Below, in pieces: positions 24,073 to 37,505 of a stretch of 64,000 bases of DNA (the first letter of the stretch is position 1; every line of letters begins with the position of its first letter). Source of the DNA: Octopus sinensis (taxonomy: Eukaryota); the NCBI RefSeq assembly GCF_006345805.1, contig NC_043022.1, positions 21,514,001-21,578,000 of the forward strand, in the 5' to 3' direction. Below the pieces are notes generated by a model. That model saw only the letters and a program-made list of their open reading frames with translations. It had not been told where the DNA came from and did no database searches. The translations under genes were made by a program, and so were the position numbers.

Positions 24073-24318
24073 TATTTCTTTACTACCGACAAGGGGCTGA
24101 ACACAGAGAGGACAAACAAGGACAGACAAACGGATTAAGTCGATTACATCGACCCCAGTGCGTAACTGGTACTTAATTTATCAACCCTGAAAGGATGAAA
24201 GGCAAAGTCGACCTCAGAACGTAACGGCAGATGAAATACAGCTACGCATTTCGCCCGGCATGCTAACATTTCTGCCAGCTCGCCACCTTTTAAAAGGCCC
24301 CACTACCCAGAATCACTT
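24073..24318 (-). mobile_element. SINE family B, full length with 28-nt 5' extension
   Basis: Extension is identical to 5093-5120. Confidence 0.85.
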
Positions 24319-24551
24319 CTCTACTCGCATATTATACTAATCATCCTTCTGTACTACCAGTTTACTCTCCCAATCTCTAACTAGCCCTTACTTTCCCCAT
24401 ACACTCTTTTAATGTCCACCCATCTACCCCTCCCAATCTTGTCCCCACACAGCTTGAGGACACACTTTGACACATCTCCACCACCATGTTTATCTCTCTG
24501 GCTTCACTCCAATTATCCCACCCACCCTTATATAATGCAAAGTAGCCATAT

Positions 24552-24870
24552 AAGTTAAGTTAAGTTAATTTTTTGGCTTAAAAAGCAAAAAGCAAGGCCA
24601 TGTAGGGGGACAGGGAGTTATGTACAGGGAGGGTGTTCATGCAAAGAGTTCAGGCCATTTCTGGTCAAGAGAGACTTTGAACCGAGCGGTCGTCGGCGTC
24701 TTCACTATCTCGTCCGGCAGCTTATTCCACAGATCTGCAACCCGGACGGAGAAAGCCCCTCTCTTTTGATTGAGATGAAATCGTCGCAGATAGAGTTTTT
24801 TGGAGTGACCCTGCAGCCGACGCTCTGGAGCAGGAGTGAAGAACAGCTCTTTCGAGAATCTCCTTTTCAA
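24552..24870 (-). mobile_element. CR1/L2-clade LINE 3' fragment
   Basis: LQGHSKKL...FSVRVADLWNKLP...FKVSLD motif and (TTAAC)n tail. Confidence 0.85.
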
Positions 24871-25172
24871 CAATGTACTTGTTCCTGTCCCTTCTTTCAT
24901 ATTCTAACCTCTTAATGCCCAGCATAAAGCTGCCTCTCACTCAACTATACTTTCATTCCATCAAGAGGAATCTTTAGTTTGGTAAAATACATAGAAACCT
25001 CTGAAACTAAAAGAAAAAAAAACAATCAGTGACTGGCTTTAGGAAGAGCATCCAGCCTCAGAAACCATGCCAACGCAGACACTGGAGTATGATGGAATCC
25101 TCTGATTCATGGGATCTTGTTGAACCATCCAATCCATGCCGGCACAGAAGATGAATATTAGATGATGATGAA

Positions 25173-25210
<38 letters not shown>

Positions 25211-25346
25211 ACACACACAAACATATATACTCATATGTACAAAAACATATATACATACACATGCATATATAGAGACTAGGCCAAAAACCATACACCAAGG
25301 TAAAAAACTAATTTAACACATCAAAATGAATAACAACAACAACAAC

Positions 25347-25385
<39 letters not shown>

Positions 25386-25755
25386 TTAATATAAATAAAA
25401 TGTCAAAATAAAATGTGCGTGCCTTTGGGCCCACCCTGTACATACACAGCAGACATGACATGCACACACACACACATTCATACATGTGGTTATGCATGCA
25501 CACACACACACACATTTTGTAAATAGGCAGGTGTTGCCTTTTAATCAATGTAAAAATTAAAACGCTAATAACAAACTGTGTAAATCAATCATCTCAGCCT
25601 TGGCTTTCCCACAACGAAAAAAGAAAAAAACCTTTCCATATACATAAATGATGGACCAGCTGGGAACAGAGCTTTATTTAGAACTTTCAGCTATATGTAC
25701 CAATGAGGGAGCTTCTTTTTATGCATAGACTTCATCAATATACATCAGCAAAATA

Positions 25756-25910
25756 TGGCTGTGTGGTAAGTAGCTTGCTAACCAATCACATGGTTCCGGG
25801 TTCAGTCCCACTGTGTGGCATCTTGGGCAAGTGTCTTCTGCTATAGCCCCGGGCCGACCAATGCCTTGTGAGTGGATTTGGTAGACAGAAACTGAAAGAA
25901 GCCTGTCGTA

Positions 25911-25985
<75 letters not shown>

Positions 25986-26106
25986 AATTAAGGGCTCCTA
26001 AATATAATGCCGTTGCTGGGAACCAATGGGAACAAGTGGGAACACAGTGCTGGTAGTAAATATATACTACCCTCTTGTTATATTCGTATATATATATATA
26101 TATATA

Positions 26107-26164
<58 letters not shown>

Positions 26165-26400
26165 TACTATATATAGTATATATGTATGTGTGTATGTTTG
26201 TGTTTATCCCCCTAGCATCACTTGACAACCGATGCTGGTGTGTTTACGTCGGCGTCACTTAGCGGTTTGGCAAAAGAGACCGATAGAATAAGTACTGGGC
26301 TTACAAAGAATAAGTCCCGGGGTCAATTTGCTCGACTAAAGGCGGTGCTCCAGCATGGCCGCAGTCAAATGACTGAAACAAGTAAAGAGTAAAGAGTAAG
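25756..26400 (+). mobile_element. SINE family A with enlarged central region
   Basis: Both halves present. Confidence 0.85.
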
Positions 26401-26643
26401 AGGAAAAGAGTATATACACAGGAGTCATTTTAGGAACTGATCTACATAAAATTTTCTGACCTTGAAGAGAATACATTTTTGTTTACAGAATTCAGAGTTT
26501 GGGGAAGAGCATCAAAAATAAATATTCTACATTGTATATCTAGATGTATAGTTGTTTTTCTTCCCTTGTCTAAGTAGCAATACATTTGTCCTGATAATTG
26601 CTGACCTCCACAGAACCAGAAAATACGAAAGTAAGTACAATAA

Positions 26644-27030
26644 AGCTGACCAGAAGAGAATTAATGCATTTGAGCTTTGGTGTTGGAGAAGACTTTTACG
26701 GATTCCATGGACAGCGAGGCTCACCAATGGAGAAATTCTTAAGCAGATCAGGCCGAAAATGTCGCTAGAAGCTAGGATCACCAAGCATAGATTGGCATAT
26801 TTTGGTCATATTATGCGGAGAATATCCCTGGAGAAGGACATCATGCTCGGAATGGTCAGTGGCAAAAGAGGAAGAAGCCGACCAAGAACCCACTGGCTTG
26901 ACACCATCAAGAGGGATACCAGAATGGACATGGCCAGTCTGAAAGAAGCAGCCCAGGATAGAACTGACTGGAGGACACTGATCCAACGAGTGACCGAGAG
27001 TCGACTTCGACTGAGCAGATAGATAGATAG
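26644..27030 (+). mobile_element. RTE (BovB-like) LINE 3' fragment, young
   Basis: Open frame RINAFELWCWRRLLRIPWTAR...; (TAGA)n tail; perfect 11-bp TSD AAGTACAATAA at 26633-26643 and 27031-27041. Confidence 0.95.
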
Positions 27031-27797
27031 AAGTACAATAATGCAGAGTGACTTGGTGCTAAGCAACAGTAACTGAAGTTCCAAACTCTTGTTGTCCTTC
27101 TACATCATCATCATCATTTAAAGTCTGCTTTCCATGCTGGCATGGGTTAGAGTTTGACTGGAACTGGTAAGTTGGGGAGATGCGCCAGATTCCAGTCTGA
27201 TTTGGAATGGTTTCTACAGCTGGATGCTCTTCCTAGCGCCAACCACTCCGTGAGTGTAGTGGGTGCTTTTTACGCGCCACTGGCACTGGTGCCAGGTGAG
27301 GCTGGCAAAGGCCACAATCGGATTGGTGCTTTTTATGTGCCATAATGAACTAATCCTCCTGTATTTTCTTTTACCTGAAACCAGGAACTTTTCAGCACAC
27401 CCTTATATACAATGGTCAAGGCTGAAATTGGGTGTTGTTTCTAGCATGTCGACTGATAGCATATAATATTCTCACTGGTTTGATGTGTAGAAATTTTCTT
27501 TCAAAGAGAGAGGCAGCTGGTGTTTCAAGCACAAGTTAAATGACTATATAAAATGACTATATAAAAAATTGCTCCCACTCTTCCATCCAACCTGCTCCGC
27601 TCTACATCTATCAGTTCATTTATTGTCTGTTTTTAGAAGTCAGCAAGTCAATTTAACTCATCGTGTAGAGTTGGCATAAATAAATGAATAGCAGGTCTTT
27701 AAACTTTTAAATAACCCAATAAACTTTATCCTTTTTGAACAAATGTATGCTGGTAAAAATTTCTTTTGGAAATGCTTCAGAATTATTATTGACTCAC

Positions 27798-27800
27798 AGT
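27798..27800 (-). CDS. Candidate 3-nt microexon (ACT)
   Basis: ttttttttcctcattgttttcctttgaag|ACT|gtgagt: long pyrimidine tract and consensus donor. Confidence 0.35.
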
Positions 27801-28564
27801 CTTCAAAGGAAAACAATGAGGAAAAAAAAAGCTACATCATCATCATCATCATAATCATCATCACCATTATCATCATCTAATGTCCATTTGAGAGAGAGAG
27901 AGAGAGAGAGAGATTTCATCATAGGAATGAATAACAAAGATGAAATTATCATTCGCCACTGTTATTTCAATATTTCATTATCATGTAGAAGCTTTTGAAA
28001 GAATACATATATCAATATATGAACGTGGATGTATTGTGTGTGTATATGTATGTGTATACATGTGTGTGTGTGTGTGTGTGCGTGTGTGTGTGTGTGTGCA
28101 TACACATATACCAGTGGGAGAAGAGGTAGGTTTATAAAGAGCGAAAAGCAGGCACAATTGATATTTCCCAGTAACAGCTTTAGAGCCAATAATTCTGTAG
28201 TTTATGCCCCAATTGGGGTTAAATTAACCTTCCATCTCACAAAGATCAATCAAAAGGGAAATGGACCACCAGCTTGAAGGATGCTTTGCATACATAAAAT
28301 TGGCACAGAGTCACATTTGTTGGAGTCAAATAGCCTGTTTGGTTATTGGCTATCAATGGTGAGCAGCTTCGTGTTTCATTACCAGTATGATGCTGTCAAC
28401 ATGACCACTGCAGGTTACTCTCAAAGGTGGAGACCTAAATAAATATATCAACAAAGGAAATATATATCAGCGGTTCTCAGACGTTTGTAATTATGATCCC
28501 TCGTTTTTGCTAAACACATCTTCCCCATTTTGAATGCACATACATGTAATATAAAACCTGAGTA

Positions 28565-29130
28565 GTGAAGGTGTGTGACATAATGGTTAGGGTATTTGGC
28601 GGCGAGCTGGCAGAAATGTTAGCACGCTGGACGAAATGCTTTGTGGTATTTTGTCCGCTGCTGCGTTCTGAGTTCAAATTCTGCCGAGGTCGACTTTGCC
28701 TTTCATCCCTTTCAGGGTCGATAAATTAATCAGCAGTTACGCACTGGGGTCGATGTAATCGACTTAATCCGTTCATCTGTCCTTGTTTGTCCCCTCTGTG
28801 TTTAGCCCTTTATGGGTAGTAAAGAAATAGGTTAGGGTATTTGGCTACTGATCGTAATGTCAGGAGTTCAATTCCCTGCTGCATGTTGTGTCCTTGAGAA
28901 AGACACTTTATTTCACATTGCTCCAGTTCACTCAGCTGGCAAAAATGAGTTGTACTTGTAATTCAAAGGGCCAGCCTTTTCACATCCCGTGTCATGCTGA
29001 ATCTCCCTGAGAACTACTTTAAGGGTACACATGTCTGTGGAGTACTCAGCCACTTGCACATTAATTTCATTAGCAGGTTGTTCCATTGATCAGATCAACA
29101 GGCACCCTCATCATCGTAACCAATGGAATG
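28565..29130 (+). mobile_element. Old SINE family D-like copy hosting a family B insertion
   Basis: GAGTTCAATTCC B box and TGAGAAAGACACTTTATTTCAC body. Confidence 0.7.
28601..28829 (+). mobile_element. SINE family B with a 16-bp TSD
   Basis: GGTTAGGGTATTTGGC at 28585-28600 and 28830-28845. Confidence 0.9.
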
Positions 29131-29309
29131 CCAGATTTCCCAAAAAAAAAAAAAAAAAAAAAAAAAAACAGTAATTTAGTTTTGCATACCAGTTTAATCC
29201 TTTAGCGTTCAGATTATTCTGTCAAATATAATACTTATTTATTCACACTGTTTTGAATTAATCCTATATTATCTCATAGCTTCAAGATTTTAATGATGAG
29301 GTGCAGCTA

Positions 29310-29456
29310 TGTAGCAAGAAGCTTGCTTCCTAACCATTTGGTTCCAGATTCAATGCTGCAACATGACACCTTGGGCAAGTGTCTTCTACTATAGCCTTGA
29401 GCCAACCAAAGCCTTGTCAGTATATCTGGTAGATGGAAATTGCAAGAAGCCCATCA

Positions 29457-29491
<35 letters not shown>

Positions 29492-29576
29492 TATATATAT
29501 ATATATATAATATATATATATATATTATATATATATAAGCCTTGTCTGGTAGATGGAAATTGCAAGAAGTCCATCA

Positions 29577-29612
<36 letters not shown>

Positions 29613-29746
29613 ATATGTATATGTAATTAGGACTACACAGCCACAACAGGAAATGTATTAGGACATGAAATGTAAAAGCCGGACTAGATTATTTTATGCG
29701 CAACTCCATTGTCTCCCGAGACAAAAAGGATGCCAACCAACCAACC

Positions 29747-29794
<48 letters not shown>

Positions 29795-30050
29795 TCATAC
29801 ATATATGTGTGTGTGCATGTGTGTGTATCTGTATGATTTTGTGCTTGTGTTTGTCCCCCATCACTGCTTCACAACTGGTGTTGGTGTATTTACATTCTCA
29901 TAACTTAACAGTCGGGCAAAAGACATTGATAGAATAAGTACCTTTTCTTAAAAAAAAAATAAATACCGAGGTTGATTCGTTTGAAAAAAAATTCTTCAAG
30001 GTGGTGCCCCAGCATGGCCACAGTCTAATGACTGAAACAACTAAACAATA
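29310..30050 (+). mobile_element. SINE family A, older, with an internal duplication at the TA tract
   Basis: TCTGGTAGATGGAAATTGCAAGAAG occurs twice. Confidence 0.75.
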
Positions 30051-30363
30051 AAAGGTTAGAAAAATGGTATCAAAGACTTAAAAACCTGTGCAGATGCATC
30101 TATCAAACCATTTACCATTCCCTCTGTACTGTTACCCATATAAACTTTTACACTGCCACCCTACCTTCCAGGGGATGCATAGTACTACCCACTGAAATTC
30201 ACTGCTCTACAGGCTCACATGACCTGCAAGAAATAGAAGTCAAATCTCCATCAAATCCTATGCCATACTGTCATATAAAAGAAAAAGGAACATTTGATAA
30301 TATAATCCTAGATATACTAAATAAGGAGGAGGAGGTAAGAAAGAAAGAAAGAATGAATGAAAG

Positions 30364-30582
30364 AAAGAAACAGAGAGCCTAATTGTAGCAACCCAAGATC
30401 AAGTGTTAAAAACAAACAACTTGAGAAAAAATATATATGGAGAGAATGTGTCAGAAAAATGTAGAGCTTGTGGGACTTGGAATAAGACAATGGCACACAT
30501 TGTGGGAAAATACCCCAAATTAGCACAGGAAGAATATAAGAAATGGAGGTATGAGCAGGCTGTGCCAGAAACGGGGATTTGA
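30364..30582 (+). mobile_element. R4/Dong-like (RLE-type) LINE C-terminal fragment
   Basis: KETESLIVATQDQVLKTN...KCRACG...HIVGKYPKLAQEEYK, a degenerate CCHC region. Confidence 0.75.
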
Positions 30583-30819
30583 AAGTGGAGACTCATAGTA
30601 CAATCATTCAATTTCTTTATTAGCCACAAGGGCCCAAACATAGAGGGGGACAATACAGCCTGATTGGGGTCAGACACACAATGATTATATGACTTCTAAA
30701 ATTTTACAAAATATAATGAAATCGAATGAGATACAACAAGGACGAAATACAAACATGACATGAAGCAGAGAGATGGCTTACGCTCTGACCCCACGAGCCC
30801 CCATTGCTTATGACCCATT

Positions 30820-31090
30820 GCTTCATCGCCACAAACTTGGCAAAGCATGCTCAATGTCCCTGTATCAGACTTCCCAAGTTTAATGCAACATTTCACTTTG
30901 GCATGTTGTTCCAACTTCCTGTCCATGACAAAAAATCGCAGACTAGAGCGTACATGTGATCATAAAATCACAAATTTCACAACTTACAAGTAAACACAGC
31001 AATGTCATTTGGCACACTGCCTCATGAAGGTCGCTGCTAGCTCTCACTGTACTGCCATCTGCTGGTGCACAATAGAACTAGTCCAGGAAG
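30820..31090 (-). mobile_element. mariner transposase N-terminal fragment
   Basis: MDRKLEQHAKVKCCIKLGKSDTGTLSML..GDEAMG. Confidence 0.8.
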
Positions 31091-32239
31091 CTTTTGATAA
31101 CACCTCATACACAAATTCAAGCACTTTCTCTGTATCACACACACTTTCTCTCTATATATATAACACACTTTCTCTCTTTCTCCATAAGTAGGTTGACAAC
31201 TGATGGTGGTGTGTTTACGTCCCTGTAAATTAGTGGTTCAGCAAAAGTGACCAATAGAATAAGTACTAAGCTTCCAAAGACTAAGTCCTGGGGTCAATTT
31301 GCTTGACTAAAGACGGTGCTCCAGCATGGCCGCAGTCAAATGACTGAAACAAAAGAGAGAAAAATACACACACTCTCTCTCTCCCTCTCCCTCTTTCACT
31401 CTCTCTCTCTCTCTCACTCTCCTCTCTCTCTCTCTCTTTCTCTCTCATTCTAAAGTATAAAAATTTATCTTAGAAGCAAAAAATAGTAAAGAAGAAAAAG
31501 TGCGATGATGGTCACAATGGTGTATGTAGTGATAGAAGCAGTGGTGGTAGTGGTGGCTGAAGTAGCAGCAACAGCAGTAGCAGTAGCAGTAGTAGTAATT
31601 ATGCAACAACAGCCTAGTCTAATCAGATGTCTGCAAGCAGCAATAATTATTAAAGCTTGCTTCTTAAGTGGCCTTTTTTTTTTCCCCCACTTTCAGCAAA
31701 CTGATTCTAACTTTACAAAAAAAAATTTTTTATATAAAAAAAATGAAAAAAATATAAAATAAAAGGCATTAATCATTATTTCATTAATTTTTCAACTCAG
31801 ACTTTCACCAACATTGCTAAACCTATCAACAGTTTCTCGGTCAGGGAAGAGAGAAGCAAAATCATAATTTTCCAAATTAGGCACAAAGCCAGCAGTTTGG
31901 TGGGTAGGGGTAAGATGGTTGTGCCGATTCCAGTATTTGATTGATATTTTAGCGACCCCGGAGAGTTGAAAGGTAAAGTTGATGTCATCAGGACTTGAAC
32001 TCATATTGTCAAAAAAAAAATAGAAGAAATATCATAAGGCTTATCTAATGCTTTAACAATTTGACCAATAAATAACCATTTCTAATTTAGGCACCCAGCC
32101 AGCAATTATATAAGGCAAGGGGTTATCCAATTAAATCAGCCACTTGACCTTCCAGATGCTCTGTACAGAAAAAAGGCAAATGTGACCCATGTAGGGTTTT
32201 CAATTTGGAACGTAAAGAGCCAGCTCTAATGATTCTGCC

Positions 32240-32439
32240 AATAATAATAATAATAATAATATAACAATAATAATAAATAACAATAATATAATAATAATAA
32301 TAATAATAACAATAATAATAATACAATAATAATAATAACAATAATAATAATAATAATAATAATAACAATAATAATAATAATAATAATAATAATACAATAA
32401 TAATAATAATAATAATAATAACATAATATAATAATAATA

Positions 32440-32484
<45 letters not shown>

Positions 32485-32565
32485 TAATAATAACAAAATA
32501 ATAATAACAATAATATATAATAATAATAATAATAACAATAATAATAATAATATAATCAATCCCAC

Positions 32566-32607
<42 letters not shown>

Positions 32608-32843
32608 TAATAATAATAATAATAATATAATAATAATACAATAATAATAACAATAATAATAATAACAATAATAATAATCATAATAATCATAACAATACAT
32701 AATAATAATACATATATAATAATATAATAATAATCTACCATACTAATAATTAATAATCATAACAAACCTAATATAATAAACAACACTATATCCTAATCAT
32801 AATAATAAAATAATAATAATAATAATAATATAAAATAACAATA

Positions 32844-32880
<37 letters not shown>

Positions 32881-32890
32881 TAATAACAAC
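32240..32890. repeat. (AAT)n/(AAC)n microsatellite
   Basis: About 650 bp. Confidence 0.95.
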
Positions 32891-33134
32891 AATAAGCCTT
32901 TCTACTAAAAGCAGAAGGCCTGAAATTTGGGAGAAGGGGACTAGTCAATGACATCAATCCCAGTGTTTCACTGAAAGGATGGAAGGCAAAGTTGACCTTG
33001 GCAGAATTTGAACTCAGAATGTGGTGACAGACGAAATACCACTAAGTATTTCGCCCAGCATGCTAACAATTCTGCTAGCTCACCACCTTAATAATAATAT
33101 AATAATACTAATTTCTTATTTTTTTTCTTTTTTT

Positions 33135-33540
33135 TTTACTTGTTTCATTCATTTGACTGCGGCCATGCTGGAGCACCGCCTTTAGTCGAATCAAATCGAC
33201 CCCAGGACTTATTCTTTGTAAACCTAGTACTTATTCTATCGGTCTCTTTTGCCGAACCGCTAAGTGACGGGGACCTAAACACACCAGCATCGGTTGTCAA
33301 GCGATGTTGGGGGAACAAACACAGACACACAAACATATACAAACACATACATATATATATACATATAATACATATATACGACGGGCTTCTTTCAGTTTCC
33401 GTCTACCAAATCCACTCACAAGGCTTTGGTCGGCCCAGGGCTATAGCAGAAGACACTTGCCCAAAGTGCCACACAGTGGAACTGAACCCGGAACCATGTG
33501 GTTGGTAAGCAAGCTACTTACCATACAGCTACTCCTGCGC
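33135..33540 (-). mobile_element. SINE family A
   Basis: Full copy. Confidence 0.9.
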
Positions 33541-34234
33541 CAATGTGTATATGAACTTACAATGAGAGAGAGAGGTGGGGGAGAAAAACCTTAGACTAGC
33601 AACAGCAACAATGCCAGTTGCCGTGCCTACTGAAAAATCAGAAGTACATAACGTTGCAAGTAGGAGAGACATGGAGAAGAATCCATAACTAAACAAACAT
33701 CCAAGCCACATCTGCAATACACATATCAACAAACAAGGAAGTAACCATATAATGTAACATCATACAGTTACACGAAACAATCAACAGGGGTCCTTCTGGG
33801 CATTGTCAATAAGAGAAAATCTCATTGCTGAGAGGAAGCTCCCCCCCACCGTCAGCCATCTCCAGCAATCAACACTGTGGGAGTAAGGCAAGACACATAT
33901 AAAGGTATTGAATAACCTTAACTGCACTGGAGCATGGCACATATATTTAGAAGTGGCGTTGAGATAGCTCTGCAGTTATGATATATCCTCTGCATGTATT
34001 TCAATGAAAATGATGATATATCTACCAGAAACATTCTCTATATCAACCAACAGACATCTAATAATATTTCAGTCTGCATTTCATCAAATCAAATGTATCT
34101 GTTTTCCCACTCATTGTATACTCTTTTACTCTTTTACTTGTTTCAGTCATGTGACTGTGGCCATGCTGGAGCACCACCTTTAGTCGAACAAATCGACCCC
34201 AGGACTTATTCTTTGTAAGCCTACTTGGTTATTC

Positions 34235-34720
34235 TAGCTGTGCCAACGAGGCAACTGAGAGAACAGTGCATGCCATCAAAATGACACTGGGGTACAAATA
34301 TATGAAACCCAAAATACCCATCGTGACTACCCGTCCGATAAGGGTACATCAGGTACATGCATTACAACCATATGTGCACAACATGGTGACCTTATATCAA
34401 GATATACCAGTGTATGACCTTGCAGATGGAACCCAGTTAGAATTTTTTTCAGGTTGAGAAACCCACTCTGCTCAAAAGGTCCCTGAATGAGGGTTGTTTA
34501 AGGATGATGAACGAAACACCCATGTTTCTTGGGGTGAATTATTGAAACCCCAAAGAATTCCTCTCAACACATAGCTACGATACTCCCCCACTACTTCAGA
34601 GATGCACATATCATCAGTCACTAAGGAACATGTTCAACTCGTTACAATCAAGCAACTGCCAAGCAAATCTGTAGTATTGAAAAGAATATTTGCTTCCAAT
34701 CAGTTAAGATCAGGAGCCAT
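34235..34720 (+). mobile_element. Unclassified LINE-like 3' region, copy 1
   Basis: Reverse complement of 38867-39420. Confidence 0.65.
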
Positions 34721-34866
34721 ATTATTTATGTTGCTTCCTACTGATCAACAACTTATGGACTGAAATGAGGAACATTTTCATATCAGCCCTTGCTTTATAC
34801 TGAAGACTTACTGAATAAACCATGCTGAACTTCATAAATGCTTTGTATACTGCATTCACTGACAGA

Positions 34867-35094
34867 TTAACCCTTTCGTTACTGTATTTCTGTTGAGATG
34901 CTCTGTATTTCTTTCAATTACTTTAAATATAACTAAGAATTTAGTAAAACAACTTAGTTATCATTAAGCTAGTGTTAGGAACATAAATTGTGACTAAGGT
35001 TTGGTGGAAGATTTTAATTCAGAACTTTTGAAAACAAGACCTTTGTACTGAGAGCCAGAGCCGGTTTCAGCCGGGTTGGTAACGAAAGGGTTAA
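34867..35094 (+). mobile_element. TTAA MITE family MA, single unit
   Basis: TTAACCCTTTCGTTAC...GTAACGAAAGGGTTAA perfect TIR. Confidence 0.9.
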
Positions 35095-35136
35095 GATCAT
35101 ATCTGATTGAGGAAGCATGTTTCTGTGTAATATACT

Positions 35137-35366
35137 CTTTACTCTCTTTTTTACTCTTTTACTTGTTTCAGTCATTTGACAGCGGCCATGCTGGAGCACC
35201 GCCTTTAGTTGAGCAAATCGACCCTGGGACTTACTCTTTGTAAGCCCAGTACTTATTCTATCGGTCTCTTTTGCCAAACCGCTAAGTGACGGGGACGTAA
35301 ACACACCAGCATTGGTTGTCAAGTGATGTTAGGGGGACGAACACAGACACACAAACATATACATGC

Positions 35367-35403
<37 letters not shown>

Positions 35404-35570
35404 GATACGACAGGCTTCTTTCAGTTTCCGTCTACCAAATCAACTCACAAGGCATTGGTCGGCCCGGGGCTATAGCAGAAGACACTTGCCCAAGATGCCA
35501 CACAGTGGGACTGAACCCGGAACCATGTGGTTGGTTAACAAGCTACTTACCACACAGCCACTCCTGCGCC

Positions 35571-35611
<41 letters not shown>

Positions 35612-35775
35612 TACGACAGGCTTCTTTCAGTTTCCGTCTACCAAATCCACTGACAAGGCATTGGTCGGCCCGGGGCTATAGCAGAAGACACTTGCCCAAG
35701 ATGCCACGCAGTGGGACTGAACCCGGAACCATGTGGTTGGTTAGCAAGCTACTTACCACACAGCCACTCCTGCTG
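35137..35775 (-). mobile_element. SINE family A with tandemly duplicated 5' half
   Basis: Head-core block at about 35405-35575 and 35610-35775. Confidence 0.85.
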
Positions 35776-35784
35776 ATTATAAAC

Positions 35785-36590
35785 TGCTTCTTTGTCTTCC
35801 TGGTGTCATCCTCCAGCTCATCCTTCCTCTACCGAGTAATTTCAACTCTATACATTATTAGCGATATCCACCTTTAGTCGTTTGTATGACGTTCCCCATT
35901 CTGGGAAAATATTATTCACTGAAAGATCCCTTCATTTCTTTACATTCGATTTTGACATTTTCCAGGGTTCCTAGACATTTGTATGGTTCTTTCTATATTT
36001 AGTGATTTTATTCCAGCACCTTTTATGGATTTTCTCAACTAACCATTATAGGATATCCACCTTTAGTCGTTGTAGACGTTCCCCTTCTGGGAAAATATTA
36101 TTCACTGAAAGATCCCTTCATTTCTTTACATTCGATTTGACATTTTCAGGGTTCCTAGACATTTGTATGGTTCTTTCTATATTTAGTGATTTTATTCCAG
36201 CACCTTTTATGGATTTCTCAACTCTATACATTATTAGCGATATCCACCTTTAGTCGTTTGTATGACGTTCCCCATTCTGGGAAAATATTATTCACTGAAA
36301 GATCCCTTCATTTCTTTACATTCGATTTTGACATTTTCCAGGGTTCCTAGACATTTGTATGGTTCTTTCTATATTTAGTGATTTTATTCCAGCACCTTTT
36401 ATGGATTTCTCTAACTTCGCTTCTATTAAAGAATATTTCTCAGTTCTGAATGTCATCCCAATGTCATTACTAAATATTCTTGCAGTGTGCATTAAGGCAT
36501 CCAGCAGGTTCTTGTATTTGTCAAAAAGCTTTAAACGATCAAATCCATAAATTGGAAATGATCCACTTTCCCCCATTCTTTCCCAGGGAG
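35785..36590 (-). mobile_element. R4/Dong-like LINE RT fragment with a 3x about 190-bp internal tandem duplication
   Basis: DRLKLF..LLDALMHTARIFSNDIGMTF..EK motif; units start at 35846, 36039 and 36222. Confidence 0.75.
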
Positions 36591-36899
36591 TATTCTTTCT
36601 TATTTTTATTTATTTATTTATTTATTTATCTTTTTCTTTGTATAATCAAAACAGAATATTGCAATTACATTGCTGCCACCGCCACTACCACCAGCACCAG
36701 CACCACCACCATCATCATCATCATCATCATCATCACCATTGTTATAAACATTGATGTCGCATTTAATAAAGCAGTCAGAAAACTTTATTGTTTATAGATG
36801 AGACGCCACATCGGTTTTTCTGATCACTGTTTGTTCTAATGTTTTCACTTTCATAAAAATATCAACGTTCGTTGAGACATCATCCCATTTTCATAAAGC

Positions 36900-37460
36900 A
36901 GCAACGGAAGTATTCGAAGGAGAGAAAAGAGAAGGAAAGGAAGGACAGAGACCCAGAAGTGAGAAAAGACGGGAAGAAGAGAGATAAAAGAGAAAATAGG
37001 CAGGAAAAAAAAGAACGAAAAAGAGAAAAGTGGAAGGAAAGAAAGAAGGAAAAAGACAAGAAGAGATGAGAGAGAGAGGGAGGGGCAGAGAGAGAGCGAG
37101 GGAGAGGCAGAGAGAGAGAGAGGCAGAGGCAGAGAGAGAGCGAGGGAGAGGCAGAGAGAGAGAGAGGCAGAGAGAGAGAGAGGCAAGAGAGAGAGCAAGG
37201 GAGGCAGAGAGAGAGAGAGGCAGAGGCAGAGAGAGAGAGAGGCAGAGGCAGAGAGAGAGAGAGGCAGAGGCAGAGAGAGAGCGGGAGAGGCAGAGAGAGA
37301 GAGAGGGAGAGGCAGAGAGAGAGGGAGAGGCAGAGAGAGAGCGAGGAAGAGGGAGAGAGAGAGGCAGAGAGGAGAGGGAGAGAGAGAGAGGGAGAGGCAG
37401 AGGGAGAGGGAGAGAGAGGGAAAGGCAGAGAGAGAGATAGGGAGAGGCAGAGAGAGAGAT
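36900..37460. repeat. Polypurine (GA)n/(GAGGCA)n tract
   Basis: Source of the ER/SL-rich ORFs. Confidence 0.9.
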
Positions 37461-37465
37461 AGACA

Positions 37466-37505
<40 letters not shown>

